DNA from: Erysipelothrix sp.
Lineage (GTDB): Bacteria > Bacillota_I > Bacilli_A > Erysipelotrichales > Erysipelotrichaceae
Length of the DNA stretch: 64,000 nucleotides
Assembly: GCA_012727815.1 (NCBI GenBank)
Contig: JAAYGI010000068.1
Span: forward strand, 7,404-71,403
Direction: 5' to 3'
The notes under the pieces were generated by a model. The model did no database searches, had not been told where the DNA came from, and saw only the letters and a list, made by a program, of their open reading frames with translations. Shown in pieces: positions 41,941-52,776 of the stretch; the first letter of the stretch is position 1, and the number at the start of each line of letters is the position of its first letter. The position numbers and the translations under genes were made by a program.

Positions 41941-43401
41941 ATGGAACATTTAAAGAAGTTAACGATCTTACATTCAAATGATATGCATGGAGATTTTATC
42001 GAGAAAACAATAGATAATAAAGAAGTTGGCGGAATCTCAATGCTATCAGGATACATATCTAAAGTAAGACAAGAAGTACCAAATACATTGTATGTAATAG
42101 CAGGAGATATGTTTAGAGGATCAATCATTGATAGTGAATATAGAGGTATATCAACGATTGAAATTGTAAACATGCTTGCACCCGATGTTGTTACTTTGGG
42201 AAATCACGAACTTGACTATGGTCTTTCACATCTTTTGTTTGTAGAAAAGTGTTCGAATTTTCCGATAATTAATGCGAATATGTATATTACAACAAACCAT
42301 AAACGTCTGTTTGACTCACATATTATTTTAAATGTTGATGGTATGAATATATTATTTATTGGTATATTAACAGAAGAAGTCATTGCGACTACCAAACAAG
42401 ATAAGCTCATTGGTGCTATTGTAGATATTGAGGAAGCAGCTATTGAAGTTGGTAAAATATGTAATAGTTATAAGTCAGTTGATATAGATTTTACAGTACT
42501 GCTAACACACATTGGTATTGAAAAAGATAAAGAACTTGCAGCTTCATTAGACCCAAGGTGGGGTGTTGATATTATTATTGGTGCACACAGTCATACTTTT
42601 ATGGATGAAGCATTAGAAGTCAATGGTATCCCGATTGCTCAAGCAGGAGAAGGCACATCACAAGTAGGACGTTTTGATATTAATATCAATACTTTCGATA
42701 ATTCAATTGAATCATACACATGGAATCTTGTCCCTATTGATGAAGATACATCAGAAAAAGATATGCAACTTGAAAAAATAGTGAATACTTATAAAGATGA
42801 AACAGACAAAAAATATAGTCGTGTCATCACACGTTTTATGGATGCATATACCCATCCACAACGTAACACAGAAACAGAACTTGGTAAATTATTTGCTGAT
42901 GCAATCAAAGATGCACTGGGTGTTGATCTAGTATTCTTAGGGTCAGGTAGTATTCGTGCTAAAACTTTAGGACCTATTGTTTTATACCAAGACTTGATGC
43001 AGATCTTCCCATTTGATGGTGAACTCTCAAGAATCTATGTAACTGGAGCACAGATTAAACGAATGGTAAGACACATATTAAGAGATGAGTCCTTTAATGA
43101 CACTACAGAATTCTATCAATTCTCGCGTGGTTTTAGAATTGAATATGATAGAGATAATAAAGATGTTATCAGTGTTTCTTTAAAAGGTGTTGAGGTAAAG
43201 GACGACAATCAATATACTTTAGCACTTCAAGAATTTCATCTTAAAAATATAGAAGAATTCTTAGATGTTAAACTGGATGAAGTATCAAGTTATAAAAGAC
43301 CAAAAGTCTTGAGTACAAGCGGTACTGACTTACTTGAAGAGTATTTAAGTAATCATGAAAAGATTAGGGTAACAGAAGAAAAAAGACTTGTATTTGTATA
43401 A
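41941..43401 (+). CDS. bifunctional metallophosphatase / 5'-nucleotidase, no signal peptide
   Basis: HSNDMHG, AGDMFRG, GNHELD, LTHIG, GAHSH, IFPFDG. Confidence 0.88.
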   Translation: MEHLKKLTILHSNDMHGDFIEKTIDNKEVGGISMLSGYISKVRQEVPNTLYVIAGDMFRGSIIDSEYRGISTIEIVNMLAPDVVTLGNHELDYGLSHLLFVEKCSNFPIINANMYITTNHKRLFDSHIILNVDGMNILFIGILTEEVIATTKQDKLIGAIVDIEEAAIEVGKICNSYKSVDIDFTVLLTHIGIEKDKELAASLDPRWGVDIIIGAHSHTFMDEALEVNGIPIAQAGEGTSQVGRFDININTFDNSIESYTWNLVPIDEDTSEKDMQLEKIVNTYKDETDKKYSRVITRFMDAYTHPQRNTETELGKLFADAIKDALGVDLVFLGSGSIRAKTLGPIVLYQDLMQIFPFDGELSRIYVTGAQIKRMVRHILRDESFNDTTEFYQFSRGFRIEYDRDNKDVISVSLKGVEVKDDNQYTLALQEFHLKNIEEFLDVKLDEVSSYKRPKVLSTSGTDLLEEYLSNHEKIRVTEEKRLVFV

Positions 43402-43460
43402 TAAAAAAGAACTATAATAGTCTGAATATTCAGAAGATTATAGTTCTTTTAATGTAATAA

Positions 43461-44660
43461 TTAATGTTTATGAGCATGTTTTATTTCACTGTACATATAG
43501 AAAGCAACGGAGAATGGGAACATGTAAGATAGGATTGATGATCCACCATAGGAGAAGAAGGGCAGCGTAATACCGGTAATCGGTAAGACTCCCAGTACCA
43601 TTCCAATGTTTTCAGTATGTTGGAAAAATAGCATGGCTATTGCACCAGCAAGAAGGTATCTTTCACGATCTAAATCACTCTTGAGGGCAATCCATATCAA
43701 TCTTAAATCAAGTGCAAAGGCTAGGATAATCACACTAACTCCACCTGCAAAACCAAAGTTTTGAGCCAGTACTGCAAATATAAAGTCTGTCTGAGCTTCA
43801 GGAATTTGTAGAATAACAGAACCTATTGGATGTCCTGTCCATCCTGCAGTTCCAATAGAAGCAATGGCATTGTATAAATGGTGACCATGACTTCCAGAAT
43901 ATTTTTCATAATCAAGCCAACCATAGAAACGATTGAGTCGATAACTTTGAGCATTACCACCAAATAATCGATTCAGTAGTGCTGGGTTATTGTAGTATAA
44001 GAATATAATTCCAAAGAATGCTACGAAAGCAAAAGAGAATATAATAATAAACCATTCGCTTCGAACTCCTGATAAGAAGAACATAAATACTAAACTGATA
44101 ACAATAATAATTGGAATACCTGAGTCAGGTTGTAAAACTATTAATATAAGGGGGGGAATTGCAAACTTAGCAATCTTTAACCCTAATATAAAGTCACTTG
44201 TAAATGACTTATCTTCTTTTTCTTTATTGTGTTTTGAAATAATATTAGCTGTAATAAATATGAGCATTACTTTCATAAACTCTGAAGGTTGAAAGGAGCC
44301 AACCTTGGGTATTATATACCAGGCGTATGCCCCGTTAATTTCAGGTATTAAACTCGTATTGATAATTCTATAACGTGCCATTACTTGAATAACAAGTAGT
44401 ACTAAGAGTATGCCGTATGCAACATAGGAAACTGTAAAGAGCCTATCTGTACCCAGCTTCAGTAATATGGTTAGAAAAGCAAAACTGATAAAGAACCAAG
44501 ATATCTGTCTAATGATATCTGATTTGCTTGTATCTAAGTTATTGAATGGTGCAGCAAGATAAATTCCTACAAGACCAACAATTGCACTGAGTAATATTAA
44601 TATGACCAGTACATAGTCAGTATAAAATTGTCGCTTACTTTCATTTATCTGTGTTCTCAT
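43461..44660 (-). CDS. SEDS family protein (RodA/FtsW)
   Basis: FQPSEFMK, QPDSG, PEAQTDFIF, PITGITLPFFSYGGSS. Confidence 0.92.
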   Translation of the reverse strand: MRTQINESKRQFYTDYVLVILILLSAIVGLVGIYLAAPFNNLDTSKSDIIRQISWFFISFAFLTILLKLGTDRLFTVSYVAYGILLVLLVIQVMARYRIINTSLIPEINGAYAWYIIPKVGSFQPSEFMKVMLIFITANIISKHNKEKEDKSFTSDFILGLKIAKFAIPPLILIVLQPDSGIPIIIVISLVFMFFLSGVRSEWFIIIFSFAFVAFFGIIFLYYNNPALLNRLFGGNAQSYRLNRFYGWLDYEKYSGSHGHHLYNAIASIGTAGWTGHPIGSVILQIPEAQTDFIFAVLAQNFGFAGGVSVIILAFALDLRLIWIALKSDLDRERYLLAGAIAMLFFQHTENIGMVLGVLPITGITLPFFSYGGSSILSYMFPFSVAFYMYSEIKHAHKH

Positions 44661-44725
44661 GTGTTTCTCCTTTTGTGATGTTAGATAATAGTGTATAATA
44701 TATAAGATGAAGATAGAGGTGTTTT

Positions 44726-46264
44726 ATGAATAAACTTCAAATATATTTAGAGGAACTTCAGCTTCCGATAAAGTCACTTTTCCTTGCTACATTTTTAATA
44801 GCAGTGGGTTCTATTTTAGGGAATCCTTTTTTGAATGAAATCTTAAAACTTGACTATCCAATAGTAATAACAATTACAAATATTCTTTTATTTACGGGAG
44901 GACTTATTGTTAAGGCCTTTCCATTTGTAGTTTTTGTAAAATTACTACAGGCTAGAATGGATGAAAAAAATATTGTTGTCGTTGGAATTATATCATATTT
45001 AGTATATTTAATCATGATATTGTTTTTCGCTCCAGGAACATTGCCAGAAAATGCTTATTCTACACTGTTATCTTTCAATATAAACTTAAGTGAATTAAAA
45101 ATGATGCATACAGGAACAATAGGATTGTTCGGGATCTATGCGATTGTAAGACGTGTATATAAAAAACCAATGCATGCGAGAAATTCAAACTTTACAAAAT
45201 TATTAGATAGAGATTCAATTAGACTTATGCAGGCTGTTTTAGCATCAGTAATCTTCGGTATTGCGATGGCATATTTCTTTCCAAACGTAATTGATTGGTT
45301 ATATATATCATTGAAATTTGTAGCATCAGATTTTACAAATCCAATGAGTCAGTTTGCTTACTCAAGTGTTGAGAGGTTAACAACACTCTTAGGACTTGAT
45401 AGTATCGTTCGAAATGAGATGTGGTTCACATCAATGGGTGGTACTTGGAATAGTTTAGATAACCTTACTTATATAGGGGATGTTAATATATGGGCTGCAC
45501 AATTAAAAGATAGTGTTGCAGTTATTGGTGTTGGGAGTGCCGGAAGGTTCTCAACTTACTACTATGTATTAAATATATTTGCGATACCAGCTTATATCAT
45601 TGCTGTATCAACTACAGTTACTGATACTAAAAAGAAAAGCAAAGCAATCGTTACTGTTTTATTAGGAACTGTAATATCAATCGTTTCAGGAATTGTATTT
45701 CCAATTGAGATCATAATGATACTTACAACACCGATACTTTATATATTCCACCTATTCATGGTTGGATTTATAAGTGCGGTATTACTTGGATTATCAATCA
45801 CACTTGGTTTCTCCTATTTAGGTATACTGAGTGCTGCTAACCCAGGTAACTTACTTGATATAATTTCAATATCAAGAAAAAACATCGTAAACCAACAAGT
45901 ATTAATACTATTACTGTTTGGTGTGATTGTATTCTTTATTTATTACTATGTAACAAGAATCTATTACAGTAAAGTCGCAATCGATATTTTGAATATTGGA
46001 ATTAAAGATGATGAAGTAACTGACTTTATAGAACGCGTTGGTGGTATTGATAACATTATTAAGATATCAAGTTATCCAACACGTATTACAGTACAATTAA
46101 AAGATGAAGATAATATTAATACAGGTGGATTACACTATCAAGGTGTAACTAAAATTATCCTAACACGTGAAGGTTACAGTATCTCTTATGGTGCTGGATC
46201 ATATATGTTACAAAAAGAAGTAAATGAACGTATTAAGAAAAACAATATTTTGAAAGAAGAATGA
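44726..46264 (+). CDS. degenerate glucose-family PTS EIICB-like membrane protein
   Basis: ERL...GL, MWF, GDVNIW, AGRF, IFAIPA and a C-terminal VGGIDNI...TR EIIB-like domain; catalytic motifs are altered. Confidence 0.72.
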   Translation: MNKLQIYLEELQLPIKSLFLATFLIAVGSILGNPFLNEILKLDYPIVITITNILLFTGGLIVKAFPFVVFVKLLQARMDEKNIVVVGIISYLVYLIMILFFAPGTLPENAYSTLLSFNINLSELKMMHTGTIGLFGIYAIVRRVYKKPMHARNSNFTKLLDRDSIRLMQAVLASVIFGIAMAYFFPNVIDWLYISLKFVASDFTNPMSQFAYSSVERLTTLLGLDSIVRNEMWFTSMGGTWNSLDNLTYIGDVNIWAAQLKDSVAVIGVGSAGRFSTYYYVLNIFAIPAYIIAVSTTVTDTKKKSKAIVTVLLGTVISIVSGIVFPIEIIMILTTPILYIFHLFMVGFISAVLLGLSITLGFSYLGILSAANPGNLLDIISISRKNIVNQQVLILLLFGVIVFFIYYYVTRIYYSKVAIDILNIGIKDDEVTDFIERVGGIDNIIKISSYPTRITVQLKDEDNINTGGLHYQGVTKIILTREGYSISYGAGSYMLQKEVNERIKKNNILKEE

Positions 46265-46265
46265 T

Positions 46266-48776
46266 ATGGTAAAAAAAGAAAAATTAACACCAATGCTTAA
46301 ACAATATATGGAGATAAAAGAAAACACCAAAGATGCTTTGGTGTTTTATCGCCTTGGAGATTTCTACGAACTGTTTTTTGAAGATGCGATTACAGCAGCA
46401 AAAGTATTAGATCTAGTACTAACGCAACGTAGTGCAGGTGGAGCTGAAAAAGCACCCATGTGTGGGGTTCCCCATCATGCTGCAAAGTCATACATTAATA
46501 AACTTGTAGCAAATGGATATAAGGTAGCAATCGTAGAACAAGTTGAAGATCCAAAAGATGCTGTTGGCATTGTTAAAAGAGAAGTTGTAGAAATTGTTAC
46601 TCCTGGTACAAGTATTGAACAGGAAGACCTAATTAATAATGAAATTGCTGCAATTCATGCAGACCTTATTTATGCAACAATTGTTTTATGTGATATTGTT
46701 TCGGGAAGTTTAAGATCAATTAGAGTCTTAAATCAAAACTTAGAAATTCTAAAAACACTAGAACAATTTGAAGTAAGAGAACTGGTTGTTGATTCAAGTT
46801 TTGATGAGAATATCATCAATGATGTTAAAGATAAAACAAGCATTCACATCTCTTATGAAGATGGTTATTATAAAGATATTAAACATGAAGACTCCCTGGT
46901 AGAAAAAGCACTACAAAAGTTATTTTCCTACTTACAATATACACAAAAGAGAAATCTAAACCACTTCAGAGAAGTAGTATTACTCAATGATTTATCTTAT
47001 TTAAAAATGGATTATTCAAGTATGAATAACTTAGAACTTCTACAACAAGGCGGCAATAAAGACTTATCACTTTATTCATTCCTAAACCATACCAAAACTA
47101 ATATGGGTGCAAGAGCACTAAAAGAAGCCTTATTACAACCGATGGTTTTAGTAGAAGATATAAAAGAAAGACAAGATCAAATTGAATATCTACAACAGAA
47201 CTTTATGTTAAGAGATAATGTTATAGATGGTCTTAAGAATACCTATGATATCCATAGAGTTATTGCACGTTTAACAACAGATAAAAATAATGCCCAAGAC
47301 TTTGTTAGATTGAAAAAGACAATAGAAGCATTCAATACTTTAAAAGATACTTTAAGTGTCCATGATAAGTTTGATTTTATAAAATCAGTAGACGGACTAG
47401 AGAAACTATTTAAAGCTCTTGATGATGCAATTATGGATGATGCTCCTGTACAGTTGAAAGAAGGTAGAACCTTCAAACCAGGCGTAGACGATGAGTTAGA
47501 CGACCTACTAGAGATTACAAAGAATGGAAAACAATGGCTTGTAGAATATGAGCAAAAACAAAGAGAAATCACAGATATCAAAAATCTAAAAGTAGGTTAT
47601 ACACGTGCTTTTGGTTACTACATTGAGATATCTAAAGGACAGGTTGATAATGTTAAAGAAGAGTTTGGTTTTATCAGAAAACAAACACTTACAAACGCAG
47701 AACGATATATCAGTGCTGACCTACAAGAATATGAAACAAAAGTCGTAAGTGCTTCAGAAAGAATACTTGAAATAGAGAATATGCTGATGAAGAAATTTAC
47801 AAGCTTATGCTTGGAATATACGAACGAGATTCAAGAGATGGCTCAAAGTATCGCAAAATTAGACCTTATTCAATCTCTTGAACATATTTCTTCATACCCA
47901 GGATATGTTAAACCAGTATTCAACAATAACAATGATATGAATATTGTTGATGGAAGACACCCTGTATTAGAAAAAGAATTGTCATCACACCAATATATTG
48001 CAAGTGATGTTTTATTTGGTGAAGATAGAAAACTCTTAATTTTAACAGGACCTAACATGGGTGGTAAGTCTACATACTTAAGAATGAGTGCCCTGATAGT
48101 TATACTTGCTCAAATGGGAGCATTTGTTCCTGCAAGTCATGCCGATCTGGGTATTGTTGACCAAATCTTTACACGAATGGGTGCAAGTGATGACATCTTG
48201 ATGGGACAATCTACCTTCATGGTTGAAATGATGGAAGCACAAACCGCTCTATCTAAAGCAAGTAAAAACTCTTTAGTTTTATTTGACGAGATAGGACGTG
48301 GAACATCAACATACGATGGTATGGCAATCGCACAATCAATTCTTGAATATATGGTTACAAATATTGGGTGTAATACGATATTTTCAACACACTACCATGA
48401 ATTAACAGAACTAGAAAACATTATGTCTTCTGTAAAAAACATACATGTAGAAGCACATGCTGAAAACAATGCACTGACTTTCCTATATAGAGTTATAGAA
48501 GGAAGTGCTAAGAGATCTTATGGTATTAACGTTGCAAGACTTGCAAACTTACCACAAGCCCTCATTCAACGCGCAAGCCAAAACCTAGAAGTATTGGAAG
48601 CACAAAAACATAATGTAACTTTAAATAATGAAGCTGTATTTATAGAAACAGTACCAAAAGCATATACAGAACTCGTAACAACACTTAACGCAGTAGATAT
48701 GAATCAAATGACACCTCTTGAAGCACTTATGCTTCTAACAGAAATCAAAGCAAATATAGGTGATGCAAATGAGTAA
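46266..48776 (+). CDS. mutS: DNA mismatch repair protein MutS
   Basis: TPMLKQY, FYRLGDFYELF, TGPNMGGKST, STFMVEM, DEIGRGTST, STHYHEL. Confidence 0.97.
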   Translation: MVKKEKLTPMLKQYMEIKENTKDALVFYRLGDFYELFFEDAITAAKVLDLVLTQRSAGGAEKAPMCGVPHHAAKSYINKLVANGYKVAIVEQVEDPKDAVGIVKREVVEIVTPGTSIEQEDLINNEIAAIHADLIYATIVLCDIVSGSLRSIRVLNQNLEILKTLEQFEVRELVVDSSFDENIINDVKDKTSIHISYEDGYYKDIKHEDSLVEKALQKLFSYLQYTQKRNLNHFREVVLLNDLSYLKMDYSSMNNLELLQQGGNKDLSLYSFLNHTKTNMGARALKEALLQPMVLVEDIKERQDQIEYLQQNFMLRDNVIDGLKNTYDIHRVIARLTTDKNNAQDFVRLKKTIEAFNTLKDTLSVHDKFDFIKSVDGLEKLFKALDDAIMDDAPVQLKEGRTFKPGVDDELDDLLEITKNGKQWLVEYEQKQREITDIKNLKVGYTRAFGYYIEISKGQVDNVKEEFGFIRKQTLTNAERYISADLQEYETKVVSASERILEIENMLMKKFTSLCLEYTNEIQEMAQSIAKLDLIQSLEHISSYPGYVKPVFNNNNDMNIVDGRHPVLEKELSSHQYIASDVLFGEDRKLLILTGPNMGGKSTYLRMSALIVILAQMGAFVPASHADLGIVDQIFTRMGASDDILMGQSTFMVEMMEAQTALSKASKNSLVLFDEIGRGTSTYDGMAIAQSILEYMVTNIGCNTIFSTHYHELTELENIMSSVKNIHVEAHAENNALTFLYRVIEGSAKRSYGINVARLANLPQALIQRASQNLEVLEAQKHNVTLNNEAVFIETVPKAYTELVTTLNAVDMNQMTPLEALMLLTEIKANIGDANE

Positions 48777-50619
48777 AATAAGAGTAATGGATGCCCATCT
48801 AGCGAATATGATAGCTGCCGGAGAGGTCGTTGAACGTCCCTCTGGTATTTTAAAAGAGCTTATTGAAAATGCTTTAGATGCAAATTCTACAATTATTGAA
48901 ATACATATTGAAGAGGGTGGTATGAAGCACTTATCCGTTATTGATAATGGAGATGGTATGGATGCAACAGACCTAGTCAATGCATTCAAAAGACACTCAA
49001 CCAGTAAAATATTTTCGGAACTGGATCTAAACCAAATAAATTCGTTTGGATTTAGGGGAGAAGCACTGCCTTCTATTGCATCTGTTAGTACTGTTATGAT
49101 TCAAACCAATGATGGAAAAGATGGACACGAAATACTGGTAGATAATGGTCAACAAAAAAGATTGACTGTTTTTGCTCGTAACAAGGGAACTACAGTTATT
49201 GTAGAAAACTTATTTCTAAAAGTTCCAGCACGTCTAAAATATATTAAAAATACTCGTTATGAAACTTCAATCATAAGTGATATCATCAATAAATTTGCAA
49301 TTGCACATCCTGATGTGTCTTTTAGACTTATAGATGAAGAGAAGGAACTATTTAGATCATATGGTGATGGAAACATTGATAATGTATTCTATCAAGTCTT
49401 TGGTAGCTCTGTTGCAAGCAATGCAATGAAAATTAAAGAAAGAGACTATGACTTCGAAATAGAAGGAGTATTTGCTCAACCAGAACATACAAGAGCAGCC
49501 AGACATTTTATCTGGTTATATATTAATGATAGAATGATTCGTCACTCAGTTATTAGTAACGCAATTATAGAAGGATTCAGAAGACACATTCCTAATGATA
49601 GGTTTCCAATAGGAGTCTTAAAGATTAATGTAGACCCACAACTGGTCGATGTTAACGTGCATCCAAGTAAGTGGGAAATAAGATTATCAAAAGACAGAGA
49701 ACTTGTTGCTTTAATCCTTAATTCTTTAGAAGATAAACTTACTCATAAAACAAGAATACCTAAAGTTAAGATTCTTGATGAACAAGCATCAATGATGGAT
49801 GAACTCTTAAAAGAACCTGTTCTTGAAAAGACAGAATCTATAATCATAGAGAAACCAGTATCTCTTGTTGAAGTAACAAAATCAGATGAAATACCTTTTG
49901 AAGAAAAAGTTCAAGATGAAAGTATATTTATTGATAATACTTTTAAGAGTGAACCAGTACTAGAAGAAACAAAAGAAAGTCATCAAAAAGAAGCTATATA
50001 TATAGAAGAGGAAATACAAGCTACAGAAGCAATTGAATCCTCAATTATTGAACCTCTAACGGTCCTTTCTCAAATGAGTGGTAAATATGTCCTTGCAAAA
50101 GGGGAGACGGGTTTATATATCATTGACCAACATGCTGCAATGGAGCGTGTACGTTATGAATATTACCAAGACAAACTCTTAAACAAACAAGTTGATTCAC
50201 AATTATTACTGATGCCCTTAATATTTGATGGCAGAAGTTCTTTAGTACATCGAGAAGATACAGTTAAGGATGCATTTAAAATGTTCCAAATGGATCTTGA
50301 TGTATTTGATGAGTCAAGTTTCATATTAAGAGAAGTACCACTATGGATAAAAGAAAAAGAACTCTTAGAATTTGTAAATAAAACATTAGATTATCTAGAA
50401 ACACACAGAACAATAAGAGAAGAAGATTTTAGAAGTGATACCCTTGCTACTTTAGCATGTCACTCTTCAGTTCGCTTTAATGCATATATGTCACAACTTG
50501 AAATGGAAACACTGGTATCTCAACTGAGAGCAGCAAGACAACCTTTACACTGCCCACATGGTCGTCCTACATTGATGGTAATTGAAGAAAAAGATATATT
50601 GAAAAGGTTTATGCGATGA
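48769..50619 (+). CDS. mutL: DNA mismatch repair endonuclease MutL
   Basis: IAAGEVVERP, GFRGEALPSI, DVNVHPSK, DQHAAMERVRYE, CPHGRP. Confidence 0.96.
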   Translation: MSKIRVMDAHLANMIAAGEVVERPSGILKELIENALDANSTIIEIHIEEGGMKHLSVIDNGDGMDATDLVNAFKRHSTSKIFSELDLNQINSFGFRGEALPSIASVSTVMIQTNDGKDGHEILVDNGQQKRLTVFARNKGTTVIVENLFLKVPARLKYIKNTRYETSIISDIINKFAIAHPDVSFRLIDEEKELFRSYGDGNIDNVFYQVFGSSVASNAMKIKERDYDFEIEGVFAQPEHTRAARHFIWLYINDRMIRHSVISNAIIEGFRRHIPNDRFPIGVLKINVDPQLVDVNVHPSKWEIRLSKDRELVALILNSLEDKLTHKTRIPKVKILDEQASMMDELLKEPVLEKTESIIIEKPVSLVEVTKSDEIPFEEKVQDESIFIDNTFKSEPVLEETKESHQKEAIYIEEEIQATEAIESSIIEPLTVLSQMSGKYVLAKGETGLYIIDQHAAMERVRYEYYQDKLLNKQVDSQLLLMPLIFDGRSSLVHREDTVKDAFKMFQMDLDVFDESSFILREVPLWIKEKELLEFVNKTLDYLETHRTIREEDFRSDTLATLACHSSVRFNAYMSQLEMETLVSQLRAARQPLHCPHGRPTLMVIEEKDILKRFMR

Positions 50620-51506
50620 AACCGATTGTTGTTATAGCAGGTCTTACAGCAAGTGGGAAAACAAAAGCCGCAATTGAACTTGCTAAAGAATGGAATGCAG
50701 AGATAATCTCAGCAGATTCAGTAGCAGTATATAAAGGTTTAGATATTGGTAGTGCTAAACCAAGTATTGGAGAGCAGGATAATATCAAACATCATATGAT
50801 TGATATTGTTGATTATAAAGATACTTATAATGTAGCTAGATTTCAAGAAGATGCACGTGAAACAATTAAAGAAATACAATCAAGAGATATGAATGTTATT
50901 GTCGTGGGTGGAACAGGACTTTATATTAAAGCCTTATTATATGATTATCGTTTTTCTAAAGAAGAACAATCTGAATACACAAGAGATGAAAACACCGAAG
51001 TTCTCTATAAAGAATTAGAAAGCGTAGATCCAAGTGCACTTGAAACAATTCACCCTAATAATAGGAAAAGAATCATTAGAGCACTAGAGTCTTATTATAA
51101 TAGTAATAAAACAAGAGATGATATTACTGAAAATAGGAAAGATGTCGAAATAATTCCAGCACATGTTTTCTTTCTCCAAGGTGATAGAGAAAGAATCTAT
51201 GATCGCATCAACAAACGTGTAGAGATCATGTTTGATTCAGGATTAGAGAAAGAAGTCCTAAATTTCTATGAAAAAGATCCCGATATATTCAAATACCCAG
51301 TATTTCAATCTATTGGTTATAGAGAATTCCAAGGATACTTTAATACAGATATAGATAAGAAGACATGTATTTCATTGATCCAAAGAAACACAAGACGCTT
51401 TGCAAAACGTCAAATTACCTGGTTTAAACATCAACAGAAATGTATTTGGATAGATATTTTTGAAGAAAATGTATTAAAAACAATCAAAAAAACACTAGAG
51501 ATTTAA
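50616..51506 (+). CDS. miaA: tRNA dimethylallyltransferase
   Basis: GLTASGKT, ISADS..VYKGLDIGSAKP, VGGTGLY, RRFAKRQITWF. Confidence 0.96.
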   Translation: MKPIVVIAGLTASGKTKAAIELAKEWNAEIISADSVAVYKGLDIGSAKPSIGEQDNIKHHMIDIVDYKDTYNVARFQEDARETIKEIQSRDMNVIVVGGTGLYIKALLYDYRFSKEEQSEYTRDENTEVLYKELESVDPSALETIHPNNRKRIIRALESYYNSNKTRDDITENRKDVEIIPAHVFFLQGDRERIYDRINKRVEIMFDSGLEKEVLNFYEKDPDIFKYPVFQSIGYREFQGYFNTDIDKKTCISLIQRNTRRFAKRQITWFKHQQKCIWIDIFEENVLKTIKKTLEI

Positions 51507-51665
51507 TCTCGTAATAGTGTAATATGATTGTTTTTTCACAAAGTGCTATCACGAACTGTAATTTATTTATAAGTTTTGCTTATACCTAGCGAAATATCAC
51601 TTTTTCGTATTGACCCTCCCTAAACACTAATTTATGATGAATAAGCAAGAGGAGGAGTATTTTTT

Positions 51666-52649
51666 ATGAAAAAATATTTAGCGATTTTATTAATTGGACT
51701 ATTAGCTTTAACAGGTTGTTCTTCAAAACCAAAAGAGGAAGAAACAGCACCAGGTAAAGACTATAAAATAGGAACAGCAGTACTTACATCAGAGAAACTA
51801 GCAGATGCTGGTGAAGAAGCAGGTAAATTTGAAGTTAACACATACTATGCAACAGTAGTATTAGATGGTGACAAGATTGCATCAGTATATATTGACGCAG
51901 CTCAAAACACTATCAAAGTTGATGACAAAGATGCTTTAGTAGGATTTGAAGGTAAAGGTACTAAAAAAGAATTAGGCGACGACTACAATATGAAAACATA
52001 TGGTAACGCAGTTGCTGAGTGGTACGAACAAATTGAATCACTTGAAACGTGGATGACAGGACAAACATTAGATGAAGTTCTTACAATGGAAACATATGAA
52101 AAAGATGAGTCACACCCAATGGTACCAGCAGAAGAAGATTTAAAATCATCAGTAACAATTGATGTTAGTGCATACCTAAAAGTTGTTGAAATGGCCGTTG
52201 CAAACGCAGTTGACGCAAAAGATGTTGTATCAATAGGTACACAAAGTATTACTTCAGCTTCAAAAGAAGGAATTGAAATCAATACAACAATTGCATCTGT
52301 TGCTTTAAACAGTAAAGGTGAAATCGCATATGCATTCATCGATGCTGCACAAAACAAAGGCGCATCAAATGCAGGTGTTGTAACATCAGAAAATCTATTA
52401 TCATCTAAAAAACAATTAGGTGCAAACTATAATATGAAAGAATACGGAAACGCAGTTGCAGAGTGGGATGAGCAAATCGCAAGTCTAGAAGAATATGCAG
52501 TTGGATTAAAACTATCAGATCTATTAGAAACACCACTTAAAGATGGTAAAGCAGATGTAGAAGATCTAAAATCATCTGTAACAATTGGTGTTGAAGGATA
52601 CTTACAAGCATTTGACAAAGCAGCAAAAGCAGCAACAAAAATAGACTAA
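51666..52649 (+). CDS. lipoprotein with two tandem FMN-binding-like domains
   Basis: Lipobox LTGC; the unit IDAAQN...KKxLGxxYNMKxYGNAVAEWxEQI...EDLKSSVTI occurs twice. Confidence 0.7.
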   Translation: MKKYLAILLIGLLALTGCSSKPKEEETAPGKDYKIGTAVLTSEKLADAGEEAGKFEVNTYYATVVLDGDKIASVYIDAAQNTIKVDDKDALVGFEGKGTKKELGDDYNMKTYGNAVAEWYEQIESLETWMTGQTLDEVLTMETYEKDESHPMVPAEEDLKSSVTIDVSAYLKVVEMAVANAVDAKDVVSIGTQSITSASKEGIEINTTIASVALNSKGEIAYAFIDAAQNKGASNAGVVTSENLLSSKKQLGANYNMKEYGNAVAEWDEQIASLEEYAVGLKLSDLLETPLKDGKADVEDLKSSVTIGVEGYLQAFDKAAKAATKID

Positions 52650-52675
52650 TATAAATTACAAGTAAATTATTAAAT

Positions 52676-52701
52676 TAAAAAGAGCCTCCGGGCTCTTTTT
52701 T
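52676..52701 (+). terminator. intrinsic terminator
   Basis: AAAAAGAGCC-TCCG-GGCTCTTTTTT. Confidence 0.8.
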
Positions 52702-52712
52702 GCATATAATCC

Positions 52713-52761
52713 TTGATTTAAAAGATACTCTGTATTACAATGTACTTGTTAAACAAAGTAC
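52713..52761 (+). promoter_or_regulatory. promoter with putative PadR operator
   Basis: TTGATT-N17-TACAAT; the imperfect palindromes ATACTCTGTATTACAATGTAC and GTACTTGTTAAACAAAGTAC overlap or follow the -10. Confidence 0.55.
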
Positions 52762-52776
52762 TTAAGGAGTGATTAG

